A stretch of 64,000 bases of DNA, taken from Mobula hypostoma (taxonomy: Eukaryota). The notes beneath the pieces were generated by a model. It made no database searches. It had not been told where the DNA came from and saw only the letters and a list, made by a program, of their open reading frames with translations. The position numbers were made by a program, and so were the translations under genes. The stretch is taken from assembly GCF_963921235.1 (NCBI RefSeq), contig NC_086109.1, forward strand, positions 12,524,001-12,588,000, in the 5' to 3' direction. Shown here in pieces: positions 23,761 through 36,763 of the stretch (position 1 is its first letter; each line of letters begins with the position of its first letter).

Positions 23761-24402
23761 GTACAACTACCAATCTGATGAGTTTCTTCTGCAACACGAA
23801 TTCTTGAATGTTAAATGTTCATCCAAATCCATAAGCTCTCTTTAACACCTACTTTACCATCTCCCTCTGTTCCAAATCTCAGGGAGTTATGGACTTACAG
23901 TCCAAGATTTGTACATTAATCTGAACCTGCCTTGATGATGATTCAATCAAAATGAGACACGAGAGAAACACGACATGAGACCTGATGAAGGGTCTCAGAA
24001 AGAAACATCAATTCTATACCCCAACCCTGCATACCTTTGCTCAGATTCTCAGTTGCTAGCTTCCCAATATCCCTGTTCACCTGGTTAGATCTTTCAACAT
24101 CAGTCGAAGTGTGATTAATCCAGATTCATGCTGCGTGATTCCTAGGGCAGATGAAGTCTGAGGAGAGCTTCAGTACAAGTGAAAACACTTCTCACGTGTC
24201 ACACATATTGGAGAAGTAATACAGAATCAGGTTTAATATCACCGGCATACTGTATGTTGGGAAATTAGCTGCAGTTGTCCTAAATGGGAATATTTGATGA
24301 TTCCCATTGGAGCTGTTCGGAGAATCGCCACATATTGGCGGCATCTTGAAGCTTAACTAAAAATGTTAATTGCTCAATTCTGATTTCATAGCAAATGCAA
24401 GA

Positions 24403-24830
24403 AAATCTGTATTTGCTGGAAATCAACACACCCAAAATGCTGGAGGAACTCAGCAGGCCAGGCAGCATCATCTGTGGAAAAGAATAGATAACTTACATTT
24501 TGGCCCAAGGCCCCTCTTCAGGTCTGAGAATGAGGGAGGAATGTTTTGGAATAAAAAGCCTGGGAGGAAGGGAAGGAGGCTAGCTGGAAGGTGATAGGTA
24601 AAGACAGGTGAGTGGGAAAGGTCAAGGGCTAGAAACAAAAGAATCTGATATGAGAGGAGAGTGGACCATAAAAAAAAGGAAGGAGGATGGGACCCAGGGG
24701 GAAATAACAGGCTGAGAAGAGGAGGTAAGTAAGGGTAGCAGCCTGATATCTTGACTATCTATTCATTTCCATAGATGCTGCCTAATGTGCTGAGTCCCTC
24801 CAGCATTTTGTATGTTTTGCTTTTGATTTC
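24403..24830. repeat. Inverted pair of Penelope 3' ends
   Basis: aaaatgctggaggaactcagcagg..gcagcatc (24435-24470) versus gatgctgcc..gctgagtccctccagcatttt (24775-24810). Confidence 0.65.
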
Positions 24831-25618
24831 ATTGTAGTGTGAGGGTTGAGGTGATCCAAGAATGTGGCTCATTTATTTTGTCCTGAATTTTTGTTGCTGA
24901 CTTTACAATTGTTTAGAAATAGATAAATGATAAAATAATTCAGTTTACACGGAGAGCTTTTGTTACTTTGGGTTTGTTACATTTGTCCTGGGGGAAACAG
25001 TGCAGCGTATTAGCCGTGAATTTATATCTGCTTAGATTCTGTACATTGCATAGTATGAGTGCTGGCTCTATTGCATCAGTCACTGCTGTCAACTGTGTAA
25101 TGTTCACCTTCAGTGAAGGATAAGAGAGGTTAAGATAAGGAAAGCTGAAACTTTATTTACCCCAAAGGAAATTATTGTTGCAAAGATGCATAGTCAGACA
25201 TATACTGTATACTTTAAAATACAAAAATTACACATTGATGTGCTTAGAACTTCTATCCTTTTTACTTGACTTAACAGAATATGGAGAAGTACCAGTGGTT
25301 GCTATACACTGACAGAAGTTCCGGTCTCTTTCTGCATTGCTCCATCACTTTTTGGAAAACTTCTCAGTGACTATTGTGCAATATACTGACGTGAACAAGT
25401 GCAGAGATACAAAACATCTTCAGCAAAGCATTTTTGTTTCTGCAACTAGAGCAATGAACAACAATAACAGTCTGGTGAAGAAAAGTGAAAAGGCCACTTA
25501 GCCATTGTGTTTAAACCTAATCCCAATCGGTGGGATAACGGTGGGATTATAAAACATTTTTCATTCGGTGTTGAGAAGTTATCCAAGAACTGAGGCTTTA
25601 TAAGGTATTCATCAGATC

Positions 25619-28050
25619 ACATAGAAACATAGAAAATAGGTGCAGGAGTAGGCCATTCGCCCCATCGAGCCTGCACCGCCATTCAGTATGATCATGACTG
25701 ATCATCCAACTCAGAACCCTGTACCAGCCTTCTCTCCATACCCCCGATCCCTTTAGCCACAAGGCCATATCTAACTCCCTCTTAAATATAGCCAATGAAC
25801 TGGCCTCAACTGTTTCCTGTGGCACAGAATTCCACAGATTCACCACTCTCTGTGTGAAGAAGCTTTTCCTCATCTCGGTCCTAAAAGGCTTCCCCTTCAT
25901 CCTTAAACTGTGACCCCTCGTTCTGGACTTCCCCAACATCGGGAGCAGACTTCCTGCATCTAGCCTGTCCAAACCTTTTAGGATTTTATACCTTTCAATA
26001 AGATTCCCCCTCAATCTTCTAAATTCCAGCGAGTATAAGCCTAATTCATCCAGTCTTTCATCATATGAAAGCCCTAACATCCCAGGAATCAATCTGGTGA
26101 ACCTTCTTGGTACTCCCTCTATGACAAGAATGTCTTTCCTCAGATTAGGGGACCAAAACTGCACACAATACTCCAGGTGTGGTCTCACCAAGGCCTTGTA
26201 CAACTGCAGTAGTACCTCCCTGCTCCTGTACTCGAATCCTCTTGCTATGAATGCCAGCATACCATTCACTTTTTTCACCGCCTGCTGTACCTGCATACCC
26301 ACTTTCAATGACTGGTGTATAATGACACCCAGGTCTCGTTGCACCTCCCCTTTTCCTAATTGGCCACCATTCAGATAATAATCTGTTTTCCTATTTTTGC
26401 CACCAAAGTGGATAACCTCACATTTATCCACATTAAATTGCATCTGCCATGAATTTGCCCACTCACCTAACCTATCCAAGTCACCCTGCATTCTCTTAGC
26501 ATCCTCCTCACTGCTAACACTGCCGCCCAGCTTCATGTCATCCGCAAACTTGGAGATGCTGCATTTAATTCCCTCGTCTAAGTCATTAATATATATTGTA
26601 AACAACTGGGGTCCCAGCACTGTGCCTTGCGGTACCCCACTAGTCACTGCCTGCCATTCTGAAAAGGTCCCGTTTATTCCCACTCTTTGCTTCCTGTCTA
26701 CCAACCAATTCTCTATCCACATCAATACCATACCCCCAATACCATGTGCTTTAAGTTTGCACACTAATCTGCTGCGTGGGACCTTGTCAAAAGCCTTTTG
26801 ATAATCCAAGTATACCACATCCACTGGTTCTCCCCTATCCACTCTACTAGTTACATCCTCAAAAAATTCCATGAGATTCGTCAGATATGATTTTCCTTTC
26901 ACAAATCCATGCTGACTTTGTCCGATGATTTCACCACTTTTCAAATGTACTGTTATCACATCTTTGATAATTGACTTTAGCATTTTCCCCACCACTGATG
27001 TTAGGCTAACCGGTCTATAATTCCCTGGTTTTTCTCTCCCTCCTTTTTTAAAAAGTGGGGTTACATTAGCCACCCTCCAATCCTCAGGAACTAGTCCAGA
27101 ATCTAACGAGTTTTGAAAAATTATCACTAATGCATCCACTATTTCTTGGGCTACTTCCTTAAGCACTCTGGGATGCAGACCATCTGGCCCTGGGGATTTA
27201 TCTGCCTTTAATCCCTTCAATTTACCTAACACCACTTCCCTACTAACATGTATTTCCCTCAGTTCCTCTATCTCACTGGACACTCGGTCCCCTACTATTT
27301 CTGGAAGATTATTTATGTCCTCCTTAGTGAAGACAGAACTAAATTAGTTATTCAATTGGTCTGCCATGTCCTTGTTCCCCAAGATCAATTCACCTGTTTC
27401 TGACTGTAAGGGACCGACATTTGTCTTAACCAGTCTTTTTCTTTTCACATATCTATAAAAGCGTTTACAGTCAGTTTTTATGTTCCCTGCCAGTTTTCTA
27501 TCATAATCTTCTTTCCCTTTCCTAATTAAGCCCTTTGTCCTCCTCTGCTGGACTCTGAATTTCTCCCAGTCCTCAGGTGAGCCGCTTTTTCTGGCTATAT
27601 TGTATGTTCCTTCTTTGGAATTGATACTATCCCTAATTTCCCTTGTCAGCCAAGGGTGCGCTACCTTCCCTGGTCTATTCTTTTGCCAGACTGGGATGAA
27701 CAATTGTTGTAGTTCATCCATGCGATCTTTAAATGCTTGCCATTGCATATCCACTGTCAACCCTTTAAGTGTCATTTGCCAGTCTATCTTAGCTAATTCA
27801 CATCTCATACCTTCAAAGTTACCCTTCTTTAAGTTCAGAACCTTTGTTTCTGAATTAACTATGTCTGTCTTCATCTTAATGAAGAATTCCACCATATTAT
27901 GGTCACTCTTACCCAAGGGACCTCTCACGACAAGATTGCTAATTAACCCTTCCTCGTTGCTGAATACCCAGTCCAGAATGGCCTGCTCTCTAGCTGGTTC
28001 CTCGACATGTTGGTTCAGAAAACCATCCCGCATACATTCCAAGAAGTCCT
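25619..28050 (-). mobile_element. CR1 LINE, 5'-truncated, with long open RT region
   Basis: ORFs 27344-28042 and 25598-27283 (YRPVSLTS, QHGF, KAFDKV, GVPQGTVLGP, FADD); (ctatgttt)n tail. Confidence 0.95.
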
Positions 28051-28089
28051 GTTCCTCACCTGGAATATGGTGAACGATCTTGGGCCCCT

Positions 28090-28620
28090 TAACTATTAAA
28101 GTATGTTCTGTAACTGGAGAGGATCCAGAAGAGATTCATGAGAATGACTCCAGGAATGAAAGGGTTAATGTGTAAGAATTGTTTGATGGCTCTGGGCCTG
28201 TACTTGCTGGAGTTCAGAAGAATGATGGGGAAATTTCATTGAAACCTCTTGAACAGTGAAGAGCTTTGAACCTCAATGGAGTGTATGTGGAGAGGATGTT
28301 TCCAATAGTGGGGGAGTCTCAGACCAGAGGGTATAGCCTCAAAATACAAAGAGGTCCTTTTAAGTGAGAGATGAGGAGGAATTTCTTTAGCCAGGTGGTG
28401 ATGAATCTGTGGAATTCACTGCCACAGGCAGCTATGGGGGCCATGTAATTGGGTATGTTTATAGCAGAGTTTGATAGGTTTTTGACTGGTGAGATTGTCC
28501 AAAGGTTACAATGCGAATGTGGTTGAGGGGGATGATAAATCAGTCTCTATGGAACGGTGGAGCAGAGTGAATGGGCTAAATGGACTAATTCTGTTCCTAT
28601 CTCTTTTGTTCTTTTGGTCT
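28090..28620 (+). mobile_element. CR1 3' fragment
   Basis: Same 3' ORF end and UTR as other CR1 copies. Confidence 0.7.
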
Positions 28621-29196
28621 TAAATGATGGAGCAATGCAGGAAGATGACAGAACAATTTGTTTTCGTCAGGCATCCATTGGAACTTCCCTAAATTCTGTT
28701 TTGTAAGTCAAGTAAAGAGCCACAGAATTTTGAACCATGTCCTTTGAGAATTGCTTTAGGGAATCTGGTTCAGAGAAAGGGTCGCTTTCAAAATCTGAAT
28801 CAGATTTATTTACACTGCCTTCTGATGTGAAATGTGTTGATTTGCAGTAGAAAAAACACAAAGCAAGTTCCTTCCCTCAGACCTTTAACAAGCTCAGGTT
28901 TAACAGGCCCAAATTCACAAGTGGGACCACTGCATCTGGAATTATCTCCGGCTCATCAACATCCATCAGATAACCTTGAGCTGAAGAGATCAAGACCTCC
29001 AAACAGACTCTGGTGTTACCGCTTCACATCCTCACACAGCTGGTGAAGGATATAATGTGATATTCCCAAATTGTGAATGGTGCATTTCAAAGTCCAACAT
29101 TCAAATTATGTCTACCAGCAAAGTACATATGTCACCATAGACTACACTGATTATAATGACAATAATGCAGTTCACCTTCTCTCATTTATAAGATGC

Positions 29197-29202
29197 TTTA
29201 TT
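29197..29202 (-). terminator. Candidate polyadenylation signal (AATAAA) of the relic paralog
   Basis: Positionally conserved with 36758-36763; a second conserved AATAAA lies at 29315-29320. Confidence 0.4.
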
Positions 29203-30209
29203 GTACATTCATGGGTTACAGTCACAGATCAGTACTGAGAAAAGTTATACCTTCTCTTTGCAGACTCATGCCCTGATGACCAAAGCAAGTTGCAGTAATT
29301 TGCAGCTCACTCATTTTATTCAGCACACAACTTGTATTTCCATAGCTCATTCTCCTTTAAGACCTTTGTACAGTGATTGGAAATTTTCATTCTTGTGTCT
29401 CTTTCTCACTCCATTTCTACAAAATGTGTTCTGAAACGTCAGCAATCATGCACCTTATCAAAGTTCCAAAAGTACGTGGTAAATTTATTATCAAAATACA
29501 ATTATGTCAGCATATGCCACCCAGAAAGTCATTTCCTTGCTGGTGTTCACAGTGGGACAAAGAAATACAACAGATTCAATGAAGATTAACACAGAGATAT
29601 GGACAAAGAAACAATCTGTAAAGGAAGACAAACTGAAAATACAATAAATAAATAAATAAATATATAAAACTGAGAACATGTGTTGTAGATTCCTTGAAGG
29701 TGAGTTCAGAGGTTGTGTTCAGTGATCATTTCAGGGTTGAAGTGAGTGAAATTAATCCATGCTGGTTCAGGAGCCTGATGGCTGAATTGTTCCTGAACCT
29801 GGTAGTGTGGGATCTGAGGCTCCTGTACCTCCTTTCCATTGGCAGCAACAAGAAGAGAGCATGTCTGGATGGTGGGGGTCCTTCATGATGGATTCTGCTC
29901 TCTAGTGCCAGGATTCCTTTGCAGATGTATTCACTGGTGGGCTGGGCTTCACCTATCAACTAATCAGATCAATCTTAATCAATCTCCATAAGGACTATCC
30001 CTGAGTAATGAATGGGTTCTGTTTTTGCAGATACCTCCAGGCCAATTTTACCCGTATGTCAGAAAGCACAACAAATATCACTCAATATCATATCCATACC
30101 TCCATGGTATTGTAATGAAAGGCATCAACTGCATATAAAACTGACAAGAAAGAGTAATTCTGAAAAGAGGAGAGAAAGGAAACTAGTTCTGTTATTTGTA
30201 AGAATGGAG

Positions 30210-31080
30210 AACATACAGCATAGTACAGGCCCTTCACCCCACAGTGTTGTGCTAATCTATACCCCATGATCAATCTAATCCTTCCATCCTACACAGTATA
30301 TAACCCTATATTTTCATACATGTATGTATTTGCCCACCTGAGAGCCTCTAAATATCCCTATTGTATCAGCCTCTACCACCATGCCTGCAGTGCGTTGCAG
30401 GGACCCACCACTCTGTGTAAAAAAAAATTCTACCTCTTACATCTCCCCTAAACTTTCCTCCACTCATCATAAATGGATGAGAATTAAGTGCTGGTTGTCC
30501 ACTCTATGTCTTATACTCCTCTTCTACACCTGTCTACCAAGTTACCTCTCACCCTCGTTTGCTCCAAAGACAAAAGCACCGGCTGACTCAACTTTTACTT
30601 TTCCTCATGAGACATGTTCTCTGATGCAGATAGCATCCTGGTAAACCTCCTCTGCACTGTCCCTAAAACTTCAACAACATCCTTACAATGAGGCAATCAG
30701 AACCGAGCACAATACTCCGTGTGACCCTACCAGAGGTTTATAGAGCGGTAACATTACCTTGCATCTCTTGAACTCAATCCCCTTGACTAGTGAATTCCAA
30801 CACCTCATACACCTTCTTTTCCACCCTTTCAAATTGCACAGCAAATTGGAGGAATCTACCACAGACTTGGGCCCCAATATCCCTCGATTTCTCCTCATTG
30901 TTAGGAATCCTGCCATTAACCTTCAAGTTTGATCATCCAAAATGTACCACTTCACATGTTGCGGTGTTAACCTCCATCTACCACTTCTCCACCCAGCACT
31001 GCATCCTGTCTTTATCCTGTCGTAACATTCAACAACCGTCTGTGCCATCCACAACATCAACAATCTTCATGTCATGTGTA
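30210..31080 (-). mobile_element. CR1 3' fragment
   Basis: Degenerate KGIEFK..VMLPLYK.LV..H.EYC motif in ORF 30683-30916. Confidence 0.7.
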
Positions 31081-31399
31081 GATATATGTACATATACATA
31101 CATTGGACTTTTGAATTAAGCAATATTACAGAGTCTTGTTCATATGTAGAAGTGTCCATAAATCAGGGTTTCATCACCTGAGACAGAACTGTATCGTCTT
31201 TTAACTTACACATCTTTCCTCTGACAAGATCTGCTTTCTAAACTGACAGTCTTCCACTTTTTATCCAGATCTGAGGAGGGGTCCCTGACCTGAAAATGGG
31301 TTCAATGAAGGGTCTCAGCCTGAAATATCAACTGCTTATTCTTTTATATAGATGCTGCCTGTATTGTCGAGTTCCTCCAGCATTTGTATGTCTTCAATC

Positions 31400-31900
31400 A
31401 GCATGTTGGAGGATGATTGAAAATCTGACTGAATGGTGTCACAACAACCACCTCTCACTCAGCATCAGCAAAACCAAAGAGCCGGTTATTGACCATGGAG
31501 GAGGAAGCCAGAGGTCCATGAGCCAGTCCTCATCAGGGGATCCAGAGATGGGAAGAGTCAGTAACATTAACCTCTTTGGATCTGCCCCGGGTCCAGCACT
31601 TAACTGCCATTACAAAGAAGGCATGGCAGTGCCTTATTTTCTTGGAAGTTTGCAAAGAACAAAATGCCATCTAAAACGTTGAAAAAGTTCTATAGATGCA
31701 CTGTGGAGAGCATTCTTACTGGTTGCATCATGGCATGGTATAAAAACACCAATGCCCTTGAACAGAAAAACCTACAAAAGGTGGTGGATACAGCCCAGTT
31801 CATCGCAGATAACCCCCCTTCGCCCCGCCTCACTGTTGAGCACATTTACAAGGAGCATTGTCACAGCAAAAACAGCACCCTTCATTTATGAACCACCATC
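31400..31900 (+). mobile_element. Rex1/Babar-like LINE RT C-terminal fragment
   Basis: WCHNNHLSLSISKTKE; KFYRCTVESILTGCI.AWY. Confidence 0.75.
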
Positions 31901-32132
31901 CAGGCCTTAATAATGGATTCTAACATCTTACCAACCACTGAAGTCAGTAATTTGCCTATAATATCCTACTTTTGTCTCCCTCCTTTCTTAATGATGCCTG
32001 ACATTTGTAATTTTTCAGTCCTCTGGAACCACATTTGGAAGATCACTGCTAATGCTTCCACGATCTCTTCAGCTACCTCATTCAGAACGCTGTGAACAGA
32101 CCAGTGCTGACCTGGTATCTGCAAATAAAACA

Positions 32133-32169
32133 ATGTGGATTTTGATTCGTCTAATTCATTTCCTACCCA
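32133..32169 (+). pseudogene. Inverted leader exon copy: MWILIRLIHFLP
   Basis: 37 nt, ATG at 32133, donor gtgagtgacaaccag identical to the gene B donor context; Arg and His in the hydrophobic core; no plus-strand Ig exon found downstream in the window. Confidence 0.85.
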
Positions 32170-33419
32170 GTGAGTGACAACCAGTATGGGAGATTTTCAT
32201 AATCCATTTCAGATTGGGGGTCGTGCATCATTTCCAGAACAGAGCGTGAATATTTGTAGACACCAAAGATGCTGGAAACTGGAATTTCAGAGAAAACTCC
32301 CGCAGGAACTCAGCAGGCCATGCAGTGTCTGTCAGGGGGAAGAGAACTGTCGAAGGTTTGGGTCAAGACCCTGCATAGAATCTGAGTGGAGGGGGATCAT
32401 TGTGTAAATAAGAGAGTGGACATTGTGAAAATAACTGTCAAATCAAAATAAGGAAGGAAGGAGCAGGAAGTCCGATTTTGAAACCTTAGCAAACCAAATG
32501 AAGTGTGATATGTGACAATATGAAAAACTCATAGTTATATTTAACAAAATAAAAAAAAATTCCTATTGATCAGTCTCCAGAGAAAACAATCCTTGTTTAT
32601 ACAACTTCTGCATGCAACTTACATGCTCTCATCCAGAAAATAAGCAAGCAAACCTTTTCTTCAGTTGCTCCCCTGAAGGGTTTGCACCTTTCCCATTATG
32701 TAGCTACCAGAACTACGCACATACTCCAAATGTGTCTTAAGCAAAGTTTTATACAGCTGTTACATGCATTCATAACTTTTTTGGTTAATGTCCTGACTGA
32801 AGGCTGTTTTACCACCAAAATTACATCTGTCTATGTTGCCACCTTCACAGAGTTATGGACCTGAACTCCAAGATTTGCATATCCTTCTGGATCTGCCTTG
32901 GTGATAATTCAGTCAAATCTGTTTTGGAGAAGCTGCCTCTCGAGAGCAATGCAGGGAGCAGACATGACGTAGAAGGGGCCTTTCATGCAAACAAACTCAG
33001 CATGCAATACATAGCTTCATTTCCTTTCAAGACTGTGTCAGATCTTTTGAGCCAACTTTTAAATTCACCTCTTCTGAAATGCATTGTATTGGTCAGTGTA
33101 GTTTCAAAAGCTACGATGGGATTTCACTTTACTTCAGTTCAGTACTAGGGTGAAATAGTGGATCGAATTACACATTACACATTATCACGGTGGTAAAATT
33201 CATGCCAGCTCTGTTCTTGAGTCAAATCAGGAAATGGAAATGGTCTGCGTGAGTCATTTAAATATTTCTCATAGAATGATACAGGACAGAATTTGGACAG
33301 GCCACATGTACAGTATCTATTGACCCTATGTTCTCTCTCACCTCTAACCTAGCACACCCTCACTCACCTTGTCAGCTAATGGAAATTGCCAATTCCACAA
33401 TATTCAGTACAACAACAAG

Positions 33420-33950
33420 AAATTATGCAGATACTGGAATTCCGAAGTAACATACACAACATAGTTGGAGGAACTCAGCAGGTCAGGCAGCATCTAATGA
33501 AATGAATAAACAGCCGACATTTCCAGCTGTGAACCTTCTACAGGACTGGGCAGAAGACACTAGAATAAAAATATGGGGGGAGGGAAAAGAGGATATCTCG
33601 AAGGTGATAGGTGACACCAGGTGGGTAGGATAAATAAAGGGCTGGAGAGAATGGAATCTGATAGGGGAGGATAGTGGGCCATAGGAGAAGGGAAAGGGGA
33701 GGGAATGTAGGTGAAGGTGAAAGGCAGCTGAGAAGAGGTAAGAAGCCAGAGTGGGGAATAGAAGAAGAAGGGTGAGGTTGTATTTTTTTCACAATGTTCC
33801 ACAACATGTCCTCATGATCCAGTCCTAATGAAGGGTCTCAGCCTGAAACATCAATTTCTTATTCCTTTCCATAGATGCTGCCTGACCAGCTGAACTCATC
33901 CAGCATTTTGTGTGTGTTTCTCTGGATTTCCAGCATCTGCAGAATCTCTT
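33420..33950. repeat. Inverted pair of Penelope 3' ends
   Basis: Left arm tgcagatactgg..ggaggaactcagcagg; right arm gatgctgcctgacc..ccagcatctgcag. Confidence 0.65.
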
Positions 33951-34049
33951 GGATTTATAAATCCGCCATATGATTGCTCACCTGGTCAAATTGTTAGATA
34001 TTAATTGAAATGTGATCTATTCAGTTCATGCTGCGTGGTTCTCTGACTC

Positions 34050-36250
34050 CTCAAAGAAACGTGGCTGCCGATCAGGGATGTGGGTGTATTTAAGAAAATG
34101 GGGATTTCACCTTCCAGTACCGACTATCTTGCTGGGAATCGTACAGTCTCTAGTAAATAAAATTGAAGATCTCAGAACTACGGTGAAGTATCAGAAGGGA
34201 CATTAGGACTGCTTGAATCATTTGTTTCATAGAATCCTGGTTAACCCCTTCCATTCCAGACGCAGCGATTCAGATTGACTGTATTCAGGGATTCACTTTC
34301 GAATCTGGACGAGTATGCTGCAGTTGTTATCAACTTCATTAAATCCTGTGTGGATGAGTATTTGTCTACGAGAACTGGCTGTACATTCCCAAACCAAATG
34401 CCGCAGATGAACCAGGAGGCACATCATCTGCTGAGGGCTAGTTCTATGGCATTTAAATCTGGCGACCCAGGCCTGCACAAGAAAAATCAGGTATGACTTG
34501 TGGAGGGCTATTTCAAGAGTGAAGATACAATTCTGAGCATGGTTGGAGGTGGCATCGGATGCACGTCAACTCTGGCAGGGTTTGCGGGACATTGCTTCCT
34601 ACATTACTACCAGATGAGCTCAATGCCTTCTATGCCCCCTTTGGAAGGGAGAATATTACTACAGCTGTGAAGATCCCTGCGGCACCAGGGGACCCTGTGA
34701 TCACTGCCTCTGAGGCCAATGTCAGGCTGCTTTCGGGAGGGTGAACCCTCGCAAGGCAGAAGGCCCCGATGGAGTACCTGGGGAGGCTCTGAAAATTTGT
34801 GCCATCTGACTGGTGGGAGTATTCAAGGACATTTTCAAACTACCACTGCTACGGTCGGAAGTCCCCACCTGCTTCAAAAGGGCAACTATATACCTGTGAC
34901 CAGTATGAGCTGCCTTAATGACTATCGTCTAGTTGCACTCACGTCTATGGCGATGAAATACTTTGAGAGGTTGGTCATGGCTAGAGTCAACTCCAGCCTC
35001 ACCAAGGACCAAAGGCCCACTGGAATTGGCCAGTCACCACAATGGATCTATGGCAGACTCAATCTCAATGGCTCTTCACACGGTCTTACATCACCTGGAC
35101 AATAAAAACTGCTATGTCAGATGCTGTTTGTTGAATATAGCTCAGCATTTAACATCATCATTCCCACAGTTCAGTTATAAATTCGGATCCTGGGCCTCTC
35201 TACCTCTCTCTGCAATTGGATCCGCAGCTTCCTAACTGAAGACCACAATCTGAGTGGATTGGAAATAATATCTCCTCCTCGTTGACGATCAACACTGGAA
35301 CACCTCAGGGGTGTGTGCTTTGCCCACTGCTCTAATCACTCTATACTTAATTTATGACTGTGTGGCTAGGCATAGCTTAAATGCCAGTATATATTTTCTG
35401 ATGATGCAACCATTGTTGGTAGAGTCTCAGATAGATAAGAGAGGACGTACAGGACCGAGACCTAGTGGAGTGGTATCACAACAACAACCTCGCATTCAAC
35501 ATCAGTAAAATGAAAGAGTTGATTGTGGACTTCAGGAAAGGTAAGATGAAGGAGCACATACCAATCCTCACAGAGGGATCAGAAGTACAGAGAGTAAGCG
35601 GTTTCAAGTTCCTGGGTGTCAAGATCTCTGAGAATCTAAGCAGGTCCCAACATATTGATGCAGCTATAAAGAAGGCAAGACAGTGGCTATGTTTCATTGG
35701 AAGATCAAAGATATTTGGCTTCTCAGCTAAACCACTCAAAAACTTCTATAGATGTACTATAGAAAGCATTGTGACAGGCTGGTATGGAGGATAGGGGAGG
35801 GCTACTGAACAGGACTGAAAGAAGCTACAGAAAGTTGTAAAATAAGTCAGCTCCATCTTGGATACTAGCCTCCATAGTATCCAAGATGTCTTCAAGGAGC
35901 GGAGCCTCAGAAAGTTGGCATCCGTTATTGAGGACCCCCACCACCCAGGATACGCCCTCTTTTCCTTGTTACTGTCAGGAAGGAGGTACAGAAGCCTGAA
36001 GGCACAGACTCAGCGATTCAGGAACAGCTTCTTCCCCTCTGCATCTGATTCCTAAATGCACATTGAACCCATGAACACTACCTCACTTTTAAAAAATATA
36101 TATTGCTTCTGTTTTTGGGATATTTTTAATTTATTCAATATACATATATATTTACTGTAATTGATGTATTTTTAAAAATTTCTATATTACCATGTATTGC
36201 TAAATTAACAAATTTCACAACACATGCCGGTGATAACAAACCTGATTCTG
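34050..36250 (+). mobile_element. Rex1/Babar-like LINE with internal deletions
   Basis: PTILL..VQSLVNKIEDLR (EN start); NDYRLVALTS.AMK.FERLV; KELIVDFRK; aaacctgattctga 3' end. Confidence 0.85.
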
Positions 36251-36757
36251 AGATATGAAACACTTCCTGTGTTTCTACGGCTGGATTAGAGCATCAACAC
36301 CTTACAACAATTTGGTGAAATGAGTGAAGATGCTGTTTAATCATATTTGCTGGAACCTAACACCAATCTTGTAAACTGAACAGTGGAATATTGCAATGTT
36401 TTCCACTCTGTGTTTCTGAAGTGCTTTGTGATGTCCCACGACAGGGTCAGGCTGGATTTTAAGCATTCCTTCCCTCAGAGCATTGACAAGCTCAGGTTTA
36501 AGAGGTCCGGATTCATCAGTGGGGCAACTGCATCTGGAAATATCTGTGGCTAATCAACACTCATGAGATAACCGTGACCTGAAGAGATCATGAACTCGAA
36601 CCAGACTCTGGTCATGTTGCATCACTTTCTCACATATCAAATGAAGGATGTTATGACACCTGATCATTTGTACCTGATTAGGAGTGAGTAATCTATGTTT
36701 TCTAACTTCTTGATTACAACAACAGAGCTCCGCTTCTGTCATTTTCAAATAGGATGA

Positions 36758-36763
36758 TTTATT
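36758..36763 (-). terminator. Candidate polyadenylation signal (AATAAA) of gene A
   Basis: About 1.2 kb downstream of the predicted stop; conserved in the paralogous block at 29197; a second site at 36854-36859 is also conserved. Confidence 0.45.

Larger units (their letters stand above)
28860..34045 (-). pseudogene. Relic third paralog: upstream module, promoter, inverted leader and 3' region retained; Ig and TM exons absent
   Basis: 33977-34042 resembles 24075-24142; 32429-32560 resembles the promoters at 22791-22940 and 60180-60270; 32090-32428 is an inverted leader; 28860-29400 resembles 36460-36960. Confidence 0.75.

Noticed and set aside
28667-28861. Acidic ORF (EGSVNKSDSDFESDPF..) as a cytoplasmic exon
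   Set aside because: It is out of phase with the gene A TM donor (immediate stop), lies downstream of the candidate polyA signals, has no clear ITIM and has no paralog.
30040-30175. Possible TM-exon remnant of the relic paralog
   Set aside because: Only a few bases resemble the gene A TM exon, and there are stops in the relevant frames.
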